NCBI GenBank assembly: GCA_905178155.1
Contig: CAJINV010000014.1
Location: 654,116-718,115, forward strand
Direction: 5' to 3'
DNA: 64,000 nt
From: Amoebophrya sp. A120
Lineage: Eukaryota > Protista > Dinoflagellata
Numbering within the stretch: the stretch's first letter is position 1; each line of letters starts with the position of its first letter. The notes under the pieces are model-generated. The model was given only the letters and a program-made list of their open reading frames with translations. It was not told the origin of the DNA and made no database searches. The translations under genes and the position numbers were made by a program. Positions 39,600-51,500 of this stretch are shown here, in pieces.

Positions 39600-42500
39600 C
39601 TACTTGGCCCCGCTTAAGATCGCCTTGGCCTTCTGCGCGGCCTCGACCTCGGAGGCCATGGCTTCCTGTCGTTATTATAATGAAAAATGCCCCCACCCCC
39701 GAACTTGGGAGCAATTGTATTGCAAGCCTTCCCAAATGAAACACTCGCCCTCTTGCATCTATCAGCATCACAGGTGTTCAATCGTGAAAAGCAGTAATTT
39801 GTATTGCAAAAGACCCCAGCAAGAGCGGCGCCTGTCATGCAAGCGATGCTCTATACGACTAGACCCTGCATCAGAAAGATTCATAGTCCTTTCATGCATG
39901 ACAAAAAGTTTTCATTTGGGAACCTCGCATCACAAATTTTTGTAACTTTGGGGGTGGGGGCATTTTTCGCTGTAGTAGTCGTGCGGTGAAAAACTTGAGC
40001 AGGAAGTCGCAGTCATTGTGCAAAGCGGTGTTGTATCCTGTGCAAAAGTATCGTATTCGTATAAATGCAAGACTTGCATTACAAATCTTGTTCTTAAGGT
40101 AAATCCGCATTGCAAGTTTTATTTCTCATGCTGGGGGAATTTGTAATGCATTTATACGAATACGATACTTTTGCAAGGCATATGTTGACCTTGCTCAATC
40201 CCTCGATCTCTGCCTTGGTGTTCTCCACGGCTTTCTCAGTGTCCGCTTTCTCCTGCACCTGTTTTCATTTTATGCTCTTGATATCATGGCCATACAAGAA
40301 GCAGCCATAACAGAGATGCTCGGGACGAGCGAGCGACCAAAATAACATCATATAGAAGTTGTCAGTGCCGCGCACAAGGATTCAAAAATGTACGAAAAGA
40401 GTCAAAACGTTGGAAATCCAAGTTGAAGTTGTACCTTGTCAGCCCGCTCTTCTTCCAGACTGGCGACCGTTCCATAGCTAGCTTCTAACGCGGCCACGGA
40501 ATCAGCGATGTACTTCTCGTAGTCCTTTTGGGCGGAAGACTCCGGTTATGCCAGTGGACAACTACCATTCTTCCCCTTGCTTCTCTCATTTGAAGAGCAG
40601 GTGGCGTCGCAACAGAAACAGCCTAAAATACAATTACCTACTCCCCCCGTAGCAGGTGGAGCCCGGTCCGTCTAAATACCTTCTAGGCATGATCGCGCAT
40701 GATCCTGCATCACACAAATTATGAAGGCAGGCACAGTAAGTACTACTACAATTGTCCACTGTCATACCGTCACGAGCGCTTCCTTTTCTAGGTCCTTCGA
40801 GTCCGTCATGATTTTGTCCATCATGGCCAACACGCCCGTGGAAGCGTCCTGCTTCTTGTAGCCGGACAGTGACCCCGGCATCGGCGTTTGCTTGTGGTGA
40901 GACAGGGACTTTGCACTCGCTTTCAACTGCAACAAAGAGGCCTTTTCGTAGTGGTCTTTCAAAACCTTCAGCGCTTTCGACAGCACCTTCTGCATCTCCC
41001 GCTGCTCTATGACATTCGCAAACGCTACACTCTCAACTGTTACACGGATTTGTATAATCAGTGCAAGAATAGCACAGGCGAGAGGGAGAACTTCCTTGCG
41101 CGTCTTGCATTACCGATTTGGTGCGGATTCTAGTTCTATTTACGCTCGCGTCGAAAATTTGTCATGCGAAGTAGCTTGATCGTGGCGGTATTGATAGTGA
41201 TTGTGATCCTGCATGGCAAATCATAGTAGTAGTTGAGAACAATGTAACGTTTGCGAATCCCATACGCTCGGTGACGGTCTTTTGGAATTCCGCGTTTTCC
41301 GCCTCCCGGTCCTGCTCTGCCTTGGTCATGTCTTTCTTGGTTTCTGCGATCGACTCTTTTTCGGCAACCACGTCGGTGTATACATTGCAAATGTGTCAGC
41401 GTATCATGGAAGGACGCAAGGTTTGCTATGCACATTTTGCATGAGTCCTGATGTCTGTGACGCATGCCCCAGCATCACAGATCTTGTGAGGGATATCTGA
41501 TGCCTTTACCGCATGAGAAATGCCCTCTCGCGATGGCAAAAGCTGGACCATCTCTTTTGCTGTTCATGCAATGCAGATTTTTGGAATCCAAACGCAGCAT
41601 CACAAGTTGCATTCTTCCAGGCCTAGACATATTTGCACTTGATACGGCGTCGATCTTCGCGATGTCCTCCACCAGCGCGGCAATCTTCTCTTCCGCCAGC
41701 TGCAGCGCACGCTTCGCTTCCGTGCTCTCCTTCTCGTTTTTCTTGATGTTGTATACATTGCAAAAGTGTCTGGGTCGTCTGGAAGATTGCTGACGTTTGT
41801 GATGCTGTGTCTGCTTCTTGACGCAGAAGGTGTGCCATGCAAGGCCTAGCATCACAGGTTTTGAGGCGGTTTCCTAATGCTTAATCCGCATGACAAAGAA
41901 CGCCTTCCTTCGGCGACAGGGAAAGGAGGCACCTTTGCTGTCTAAGCATGACAGATTTTTGCGTGATCCAAGTATGCATCACAAGTTCGCATCCTTCCTT
42001 CCAGACCCAGACACAACTTTTGCATTTGATATGTTGGCCCCGCACTCGTCCTTCGTCTTCACATCCAGGGCCATCTGCTCCTATGAGACAGCACAACCGA
42101 CTCGTCCTTTCTCTTGCAGTTCTTCTTTTTTTGTCATGCAAAACACCAACTCCACGCTTTTGGTTTTTCCTTTGCCAGCCCTATGCATGACAGATTCAAC
42201 ATCCGGATGAACACCGAAACTGCACTAGAGACGGTCTTCAATAATTTGTCATGCAAAAGCTGCGACTTCAACTCTGCTTGTGTTGCTGTGGACCATGCCA
42301 TGATCAAAGGGGGACGAGGGGGAGATGTATGCGCTCTGATAGCTCCTTGATGTCCGCCACGAGTTCGTCGATCATTTTCTTTACTTTCTCGAACGCGTCT
42401 AGTGTGCATCCTGTGCAAAAAAACCGCACTTGTATGAGTTGCACTCATCTTCCTGCATCAGATTATATCTCACTCCCTTTCTACATGTACATTCATCAGC

Positions 42501-45500
42501 GCTGCAAGCTGCGTGCTTCGATGAACAAGTTGAAAATAAAGTTCGTGATGCGATAATGCAAACTACGTGCGATGCTTTTGCAAAAATGCATAGTCTGACA
42601 CTCTCGGCAATCAAAGCCAGTTTCTGCTTTTGCGTCTGCATCTGGTTCTGAAGCTTCGCGTTTTGCAAGTCCAGGTTCACTTCATTCCATGACGGCAGAG
42701 AGTCCAGCGTGTGTTGGAGCACCTTCGGTTTTTTTAAGACAACAGGGGAAGTGACAATAGAAATGCGATCGACAAACAGAAAAGCTTCAACTGAACGGAA
42801 AATAGATTTGACAAAACGGAGCTCAACAAAAATCGGCTGGATAAAGAATAGCGCACTGAATTTTCATTTAAGTACCTTTTGCGCCAACTTTTTGCTCCTG
42901 CTCAGGCTTGACTGCGCCTGCGTTTGCACAAAGAGGCCGAACTCGCTGGGCTGCAGCGCGCCGCGCGTCTCGTCCGAGGTCATGATTTCGATGGCCTTGG
43001 CGACAGCGGCGATTTCGGCGTCACGCGCCTCGGTGCGGAGCTTCCAGTCAATGTCAATGTTGGTGCACTGGTCTTTATGCATGGCAAAAGTAGCTGATGG
43101 TGACATATCAGTGCAAAGCACATGACAGACTTTTGGAGAAATGCTATGTAGTAGTAGAGTTCGGCTAGAAAGGAGATGGATCTGCCAACATGCGCGATTG
43201 CGATTAGCATTAGTAGGAGTGCACTATAACTTTTGCAATACATAGTCTTTGACTTCGAGCAGCACCGTTGTGTCGGCGTCCACCTGCGTTATCCTGTGTA
43301 AAGACAAACCCACGCCACAGAGCTCCTTAATACTATCGCGCTGACTTATATAGTCAGCATGTGCAGCAAGTGTCCTTCTCGTAGTACTATTACGCGACCT
43401 GTATGTTCCCGACAAGAAACATTCAGAAGCATGGTTTATTTTCGTGAGACTTGATTCACGCCGAATCTGCAATGTCGAGACACACCTATGACATGCGTGC
43501 ATGAAAAAATGAGTCCCGTCGTGGCTATGGGGTCCTTCTCGTGGGGAATGTGTTTTTACACAGGATATGCGCGCGAATCTTCTTCAGCTCTTCCTTGCCC
43601 TCGGTCCCCAGGAATTTCGCCTTCCCTGCCAGTGCCGCGTTATGAAAGGCGAGTGTGTCTTAGATCATGTGGAAAGCTGTTTTGCAAATCTGTGACTTTT
43701 AATACATGCTCACTGCGATACGTCGTGGTCGAACAGGACACGTTCCTGAGTTGTTGCGTGTTGAGTATTCCGCACGGCAAGATGCGTCTTCGAATTCGAG
43801 CGTAGAGGATCTTTTGCCGCACAAGCATCTCCACAGAGCTCAAAGTCATGTCAGGCAGGCTCAGGCATGACAAGTCTTGCAATTTTCCAAACCGAGTTTA
43901 GTACTACTACACATTTGCATGTGATACGTGTTTTCCTCGAACGACTTTCGTGCGGCTTCCAACTGCTCCGTAGTCGACTTCTTGAGCTCCTTGTACGCTT
44001 TTTCCTCCGTGGCAATTTTGGTATGAAGGTGAGCAACTCATTCTATTCGATGAACTTGAACGCCTGCTGTTGCAACACTTGAATCTGATGCAGGGTGCTC
44101 ATCATCAGCATTTATCCTGCACTTGAGGGGGACGTGCGCAAATAAAATTCTACTACTTGTTCTGTCATACCCGAGAGACGACAAGACCTGCATCTTCTAA
44201 AAACAAACTATGGCGCTGTACCGGTTGGTCATCTTCTTCAACCGGAGAAGGTGGAGAGCCTGCGAGAGATTTAATGAGTTGTTCCCTATCATACTTTTCT
44301 TCCAGTTCCTTCAAATCGGCGGAAAACTCGTCCTTCATGCTGTTCAGGATGCCAAAAATTTGCCCGGACCCAGACTGATACTTCCCGAGGTGTTCGGCTT
44401 TCGCGTGCCTATGCTGTGCAAATGTACTAACGCAGCCGTATCTACAGAAATTCGTACTAAAATTCTTTTTTTGCTGCATAAATATTGACCCAAGTTCCAC
44501 TTTTTTTTCGGTAAATCAAAATTTTCCCTTCATCAACCTGCAATACTGACCCGATATTACGTTTGCACTTCATAGCTTTTCGTCTGCAGCAACACCGTCT
44601 GCAGAATTTGCGCGGCAGACTGCTCGTCAAGGGAAGGACGAAAGTCGGCTGTTTATTTAAAAGTTTAATTGCAGCTGAGAAGACATAAACTACAGACCCT
44701 TCGTTCAAAATCAAGCAAAAATATTCGATTCTCCATCTCAATTATCTGCCTACTACCGACATTCACATTCTTTAGACGGAGCGAGAAAATAAGTACATTT
44801 CAAAGACATTCTGTTGCACGACATCAACCTGTTTCCAAGACTGTGCAAGCTTCCGATTAACTAAGTAATACCTTCCAATGCTCTAGCGAGCTTCATGCTG
44901 GCGCCCGTGCCGGTGTTGGCCTGCAAAAAGGACTTCTGAAGGGGCTTCTGGTTATTGAAAGCGAAACACTGAAATTTTCGAATTCGTCGAAATGTCAGGG
45001 ATTTCCATTTTAAAATCTACCTTCCGCTTGCCAAACACAATCTGCTCGGCTCCAAAAGTCTTAGATTGTCCCGCGACCAGTGTTGGCAGCTCTATTCAAC
45101 TTTACTTCCTGCCCAATACTTGGGGTCTCTCAATTGGTTTGGTAGTATGCAAAGCGCTAGCCGTTATTGTGATTCTAAAATTTCAGTTTCTTCATCGTCT
45201 TATCCGCATGCGAGTATATCTTTCCTTTGTCCTATCGACGCACAAAATCCTGAGCGCCGACTGAAGCTGCTCGTGTGGTCTTTTTGTCGTTGTGGGCTAT
45301 CGGACCACTCTTTTTGTCATTCTGAATACCAATACGGCTTCTTGATAAAGTTATGCGTTCGCAGTTTTTGTTTCATCTGCAAAAAAATCAAAACGATCTA
45401 TACTACTCGTTTTCACACATCATGACAAATGCCGAAAAAACATGTTCGGAAGAACCATGACAACAGGTCGTGCCGCTCGAGATTTATATATTCCTCTAGG

Positions 45501-46418
45501 ATACTTCTCTGCTCATGTACATGACTGTCTGCAGTGCGTTTACCACCTCTGGCCGAGTCTCCAGGAGTCCTTGGTGCTTTCCGAGAATCTGGAGCGCGTT
45601 TTCCAAGGCGGATATGGTGCTGACGGTTTCTGCTTCCTCGTCCTATCCACAGTAAATTTCCTGCACACGTGCAAATGCGGTCTCTGCATGACAAAACTTG
45701 GCTTCGATCCTAGTTTAGCCTGACAAGTCTCACACTCCAAAGTGGGGACATTTGTGATGCAGTTTGTACATGTACGGGAAATTTACTGTGGATACGTCCC
45801 GCATGTCCTTCATCGCGGCTTCGTATTGCTCTTCCGCGTCCTGCAGCGCCCCTATGACAGAGAAAAACTCCCCATCTCCCTCATTTGTAATTAACAGCGC
45901 CAACTTTTGGTTGATGTCATGAACAGCACCAACTTTGATTGTTTGGATGACAATTTTCATCAGATGAATACCTGAACGTGCCGCGCAAGGAAGCTTGCAA
46001 TTCTTCCGCTTCTTGTGGTGCTGTTCCGATCACAGAAGTGAGAAAAGGGGTTCTTCTTGTGCACTCTCATAGCCCCCTCCAGCTTGGCGACCTTTTTCTC
46101 CGCGTTCTTGGCGTTGGTTTTGTACTCACCCAGCTTGCCCGCGTGCTCGAAGATCTCCGCCTCGAGCGATTTTGCCGCGGCTTTCCCGTCCGCAATCTTT
46201 TTCGTGAAGTCCTTGGTGTTGGTCTTGCACCAGCACTGCAGGTTGGAGTACAGCTCCTTGTCCTTCGACTTTTCTTCCTCCAAATTCGTTGCCATCTGTT
46301 GGAGCAGGCCGACCACTTTTTGGATCGGGGTGAGCGAGGAAGCGGTTGCAGACGAGGAAGGGACGGTGACGAGCAAGGTCGCCGAAGTGAGGGCGACAGC
46401 CCCCCGTCTGCCACGCAT
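39600..46418 (-). CDS. Secreted long coiled-coil protein resembling a multicopy uncharacterised dinoflagellate family
   Basis: Signal peptide, TPIQKVVGLLQQM...LQCWC, SGQIFGILNSMKDEF, STGVLAMMDKI, and C-terminus LHNDCDFLLKFFTA/RQEAMASEVEAAQKAKAILSGAK*. About 15 elements plus canonical introns removed. Confidence 0.85.
39673..39977. mobile_element. Introner family F
   Basis: TSD GTCGT, frame restored. Confidence 0.9.
40034..40182. mobile_element. Introner family B
   Basis: TSD TGTTG, frame restored. Confidence 0.9.
40259..40434 (-). other. Canonical GT-AG intron
   Basis: AAG/gtacaa...aaacag/GTG joins ERADK to VQEKAD. Confidence 0.85.
40547..40766. mobile_element. Introner family H (TIR TATGMCAGTGGACAA)
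   Basis: 15-bp TIR, partial TSD CCG, frame restored. Confidence 0.8.
41008..41264. mobile_element. Introner family D
   Basis: TSD TGCTC/CGCTC, frame restored. Confidence 0.85.
41379..41644. mobile_element. Introner family A
   Basis: TSD CGGTG/CGGCG, frame restored. Confidence 0.85.
41752..42031. mobile_element. Introner family A
   Basis: TSD TGTTG, frame restored. Confidence 0.88.
42082..42341. mobile_element. Introner family G-like
   Basis: TSD GCTCC, frame restored. Confidence 0.8.
42407..42592. mobile_element. Introner family B, diverged
   Basis: TSD GTGTG/GTCTG, frame restored (ESVR/LDAFEKV). Confidence 0.8.
42723..42875 (-). other. Canonical GT-AG intron
   Basis: AAG/gtactt...ccgaag/GTG joins KLAQK to VLQHTL. 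Confidence 0.8.
43076..43244. mobile_element. Introner family B, diverged
   Basis: TSD GTCTT, frame restored. Confidence 0.85.
43290..43567. mobile_element. Introner family C-like
   Basis: TSD TGCGT/TGCGC, frame restored. Confidence 0.85.
43641..43926. mobile_element. Degenerate introner (A-like)
   Basis: TSD CGCGT/CGTGT, frame restored. Confidence 0.7.
44022..44293. mobile_element. Introner family I (TIR TATGA...RCAACTCATT)
   Basis: TIR about 21 bp, TSD eroded; removing element + 5 nt gives KELEEK/IATEEK. Confidence 0.75.
44410..44574. mobile_element. Degenerate introner family B
   Basis: tatgctgtgcaaa...tttgcacttcata between coding exons. Confidence 0.55.
45644..45794. mobile_element. 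Introner family J (TIR TATCCACAGTAAATTTCC)
   Basis: 18-bp perfect TIR, TSD CGTCC, frame restored. Confidence 0.92.
45853..46071. mobile_element. Introner family K
   Basis: TSD GCCCC, frame restored; right end ttcttgtgcactctcata shared with the 56976 copy. Confidence 0.8.
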
Positions 46419-46448
46419 CTTTTGTCAGTTATATAATACGGTAGGCCT

Positions 46449-48412
46449 AGTACGTACTTCTCCCGCCTTTGGAGGACCACGTGGTGATTCAATTTCAGTA
46501 ATTGATAAATGTAATGAGTGGATTCGCGAGGAAAGAAACTTGTAACTGCGCATATGTCGCAGGTCGAGCAACACAGAACAAAATGATGACACGACAACCG
46601 TCATGGATCTTCCCTTTAGCGGGTGCGCTATCATGATCCGGATGATCCCTGTCGTGAGTGCCGAAAGAAACGAAGGAAGAAAGAACACGAGACAACTCGG
46701 GCACCAAAGATGACTCGAAAAAAAGTGCATAGGATAATCCGGATCGGCGCGGGTTTAAGAACACGGCGGGCAGGTGCGAGCACCATATCGCTGATGCTGA
46801 CTGCGACGACATTATACAGGGTAATACTGTAATTACTCTTTTGGCTTTGGGATGAGTAGAGCAACATGAAAAACAAACTCAGTTGCCACCACAAGTCGTC
46901 CTCCACCAGCAAAATATCACTCTTCTTGTTACAATTTGCCATGTTCAAATTTTTGCAACAACGTATGGAATCTCGCTTCTTCTTGCTTATTGCGATGCCC
47001 AACCCGATGGGCCAATTTAAACAAGTCGTCTGTGATGAAAATAAAGCCCTTCTGCCTTGCCAACCCCACCGCCTCCTTTATTGTGCCGAGACTTTTGCTT
47101 TTCAGCATGTCCGCGATCGCTTTTCTCTCAGGGTCGATTTTGTGGCCCCTTTGGCGGGGTCGATTTGCGTGGGCGTTGTGGGTATTACCCGCGACGAGCG
47201 TAGAACCACCGTACGTAGTTCTGCTTCTGCCGTAGAAGTCCGGCTCATAATCCCCGTCCGGTGCTCTCGGTGCTGTATTAGCGCTCGCGGGGCTTTGGAT
47301 ACCGCTCTCGACCGTAGGCTGCACGCCATCCTGCCATTCGCATTCCGTGTGTTCTTCCTCTTCGTGAACCACCTGCGAGTCCGCGTCCTTCGTGTTCCTA
47401 GTGTTCCCGTGTTTTTGATGTTCGTGTATGATGTGTGTGATCTTGGTCTTTATCTTCTCCTTTAGATTTTCGATTTCCGTGAAGAATTCGCGCTGCAGTT
47501 TGTGCATTTCCTTTTTAAACGTATCATGTCCCCATCCTACCTGGACAAACGAGGTGTCCGGCACGGCATTCGCGTCTCCCTCGTTGTCCTCCTCCTTCCG
47601 GGGGTACAACTGCTTGTTCGCCGCGCCGCGCAGCTCGTATTTCTGTGAGAAATTCAGGCGATCCTTTCTTATGTGTATGCCAGGTTTACTCAATTACGGG
47701 ACGTAATAAATTATATTGCACCTCAGAAGACAGGAAGCCTGCCAAGTAAAGAACATCAGGACTATCAAGCCATTGATACAGATAAAAGAGAAAAAAAACG
47801 AAAAACATGTCTAACAGCTGAGCATCATCAAGTACCGCAGCCCTCGCAGTATCTTCCGAAATCGCGGTGTTTTCACCATCGACTTTGGTCTCGAACGCCT
47901 TCTCACCGTTCGTCAAAGCCGATGCGCCTGGCGCACCGCCCCCCCATGGAAATAGGGCGGAAGTGAGAAGAGCTTTCTTTAGCAAAGCAGACGAACTCGT
48001 CTTTCTGGTTTCTCCATGTAGCTTTGTTGCGATTGCGCCAAATGACGGCTCAATCGTGGAACTATTAAGTACGCGCTTCTCCCGCCTTTGGACAACGTTT
48101 TGGCTCAAAAATTGACACTGTGCCTTGCGGACGAACAAGGAAAGAAAGTCCTTACTATACTTAATGCTCCGATGTCGCAGGTCGAGCAACAACGAACACA
48201 AAGATGACACAACCATCATGGATCTTCCTTTATTTCGCGGGTGCGCAATCGTGATCAATCCGGTTGATCCGTCTCGTGAGTGCCGAGAGAAAAGAAGGAA
48301 GAGAGAACATAAGACAACTCGGGAAACTTGAAATGACCATCCGACTCGAAAGAAAGTGTATAAGAGAGATGTAGATGATCCGGGGTTGTGTTGTGAAGAT
48401 GAACACGGCGGG
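46449..48412. repeat. Diverged ~330-bp direct duplication (46449-46770 and 48068-48412)
   Basis: Shared blocks in the same order: cttctcccgcctttgga, atgtcgcaggtcgagcaac, tcatggatcttcc, cgtgagtgccga, agacaactcggg, gaacacggcggg. Confidence 0.85.
46929..48050 (-). CDS. Uncharacterised, probably secreted protein
   Basis: 254-aa ORF 46929-47693 plus a likely upstream exon at about 47820-48050 (ALLTSALFPWGGGAPGASAL); start codon unresolved. Confidence 0.5.
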
Positions 48413-48543
48413 TTGAGACGACCACCACGGAAGTTATGGTGACTGCACCATACTGCTAATCCACACTGCAATGAAAACATTTAACATCTTGTTGATGAGA
48501 TTAACGTTAAACAACATCTTTGAAAAAAATACGAGGAGTTCAC

Positions 48544-51500
48544 TCATGCGACAAAAAACAATCGTCGCACCCAAGCAGTCTTTGGAAGTGTATCTTCCCC
48601 TCGGACTGAAGTACAGCACACATTTTTGAGGAAACCAAGCGATTTTCTCATAAAGTACTCGTGGTCTTTGTTCTTTCGGTAGTCCTCGGGATTGTCGTGA
48701 TACACACTTTCGGCTCCGTATCGTGTGCTGCCATACTTTACCACCTGCTCAGAAATCCACAACTTCAGATGTGGATTCTACACGCTTTAGACAAAAACGT
48801 CCCATGAAACTACACTCTTGACTCTTTCGTTCCTCCATAACATTCCAGATGAATACCAACTAATACGTAAGACTATTTGTTCACAAATTCACGCCACCAA
48901 CCGCTGCGGTTACCTTGGTCGCCTCCCACGCGTTTCCCTTGGTCGCCTCCCACCCGTCTCCAAACGCGTTTCCCGAGGCGAATAGGGTCTCCCCAACGCC
49001 GGTTTGCAGCTGCACGAAACTCCGATTCCGTTTGAAGGCGACGCGGTCGTCAATGTTTCTGATGTGGTTCAACCGCCATTGGCTCTGTTTGGCAAACAGC
49101 GTCTGCTGCAGCTCTTCCACTTTTTTCTCGTACTGCAAAAACTCCGCGTTTTTCTTCTGGTGCACCTCCTGCAAGTTGCGCAACTGTTCGAACATCTGTT
49201 GCTTCGCGTCGGTCCTGCTGCTCGCGAGGTCCTGCAACTGCACAAATTTCATCTCCGTCTGCTTCCAGTTTTGCGGTTGGTGGTTCGATGTCCCATTACC
49301 AACGCCCCCCTTTGGTGCAGTGCTCGTCTTCATCCCGTGGTCGCCGAGCAGTATCAAATAATGCAAACAAGTATGTCAGAGTCCTCTGGAAGAAAATGTC
49401 CTCGTCATGCATGGTTCTCAAAAGACAAAAGAAACTGTCACGCGTGTTTGTTTCTCTAGACCGCCGTTTGTTTCGCTTCCTACAGAAATGCGACGCTGCA
49501 GGCGGTTAGTGCTTGACGTAGTCGCAGAAAAAAAGACACTTGTCATGCGTGCTGGCGAAGAAATGCATGGGGGCTGCAACTCGGCATGCAATTGAAAATT
49601 TTCCAGACCCCGACATAATAGTATCTGTGATGCATATCATGCGCATTAGAACTCGTGTTCGTCGTGAACTCTTCGATTTGGCGGAGGATCACTTCGCGCT
49701 GGCACATCAACGCCCTCTCTTCCTTATCCTGTGCAAAAGTATCGCACTCGTACTAATTGCAAATATGCATGACAAATGTTTTCCCTAGGGCAAAACAGCA
49801 TTACAAATTCCCCTCTCCTTCTTGCCAAAATCTGTGATGCAATTCATACTAGTACGATACTTTTGCAATGCATATTCCTGCATCACAAGCTCCATTTTCT
49901 TGCCGAACTTCAGCCTCTCCAGCGTCATCGTCTTCTGCTTGTCTGCCCACGCCGCTTCGAGCAACTTCAGTTTTTCTATGGCCGCGCCAGGTTGAGAATT
50001 TCCTCAAAACTTGTCATGCTTATATGTGGTAAGTTCACCCATATCACAAAAAACATAACTGTGTAGTTAGATACCATGCAAATAAGCACGAGCTTACAAA
50101 TCTTACTCAAGCATCTTGTGGCTGTGGCTCAACAAAAAAAGTTCTCGATCGGCATGACAGGGCGCACTATTATACTCACAGATATATCGCGCTCAGGGGC
50201 AATCGAAAATAGTAGATGCGTCCACTGGATCAGGGAAAAAAAGAAGTGTCGTCATGATGCGCTACTTCTTTTAGTTCCTTGGCGAATCCAAATGGAATCC
50301 AATCTATCACACCGTGAAAATACTTAAATCGTCCCCATGTTGTCGATTTCCAACCTGACGCTACTTCCATATTTTCCCGCTCCTTCGTGATGTCCTGTTG
50401 CAACTTTTCCCGCACCATAATACCGTCGCACAGGCTATCCCGTGCAAAAACGTCTACGGCGCGGCCCCATACCTGTCTTGCTAAGCTAGAAGAGAGCCGA
50501 AAAAATTATGATGCGCGGCCCGATGAGGAGTATTCTCTCTTCACGCTATCTGGGAACTTGTCATGCTGGAACCTGGATGAGGTACCCGCAACTTAACCAT
50601 AGAAGTGCGAAGATGCTGCTGTGTTAGCAGCTTCTAAACCGGATTTTTACACTTCGAGCCCGAAGCTGTCATGCGCAGCAGCCGAAATTTGTAGTGCATT
50701 TGCGCAGCACGACATTTGTTCCCATCTTGACTTTGGGGTGCTGACGCTGACGTCGTTTTTTGCACAGGATACAGGCCGGACTCCAGGGAGATTTTGCGCC
50801 GTTCATCCAAGTCCTTTTCTGATTCGAGACTCTGCTTCTTGTAGAGAAACTCTTCCGTCTGCTTGGTTTCGGAGATCTCCGCGTCAGGCTCGGTCTTCTG
50901 CTTCCACCTGTAGTTGATCCTCGAAATTGTTATACAACGTTCTGTTACACGCGTAGTTTTTGATGTCGAGGGACTACTTCCAGTACGTCTTGTTCTTTAT
51001 TGATTTTTTTCTTATGTCTTTTATTAACACCTGACTAGTTCTGGTACGTCTTTTTCTTTGTTTCTGAGTTTGAACAGCTTCGATGGTGCTACTACGAACA
51101 TAATGCTTGTTCCGTAAACGTAGTACTTACGTGGTACTGGTACTGCCAACACAATATTAATTCGCAATCATTTCTATACTTCTCCGAGCTCCGCTGCAAA
51201 TTCAAGCAGTCCGCTATCAACTGCAAACGTGTGGTCTGGGTCTGAAAGGTTGCAAGGCTTGTCATGCTTGTCTGATACGACTCTGAGCCACTGAGTACTT
51301 ACGCAGAGATGCTCATGCATGTCATGCAAATAAATCGCAGTCTGCCATGCTCCGGAAGATCCCAATTTTCTTCATGTTCTCGTTGTTCACAATCACACCA
51401 GACTACCAGCTACAACTTTCCTGACCCACACATGCTTGCGGTTGATATCCCTTTCCAAATTGCGACACTCCGCCTGGACTTTTTCGATCTCCATCGCAGT

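Noticed and set aside
4700-46418. Genes as transposon-killed pseudogenes
   Set aside because: The reconstructed exons show no stops or frameshifts across dozens of junctions, even next to heavily decayed elements, which implies ongoing purifying selection.
48095-48110. Dinoflagellate spliced-leader relic (TTTTGGCTCAA; also TTTTGGCTCA near 38503)
   Set aside because: Only 10-11 nt match, lacking CCGTAGCCA, and on the non-coding strand.
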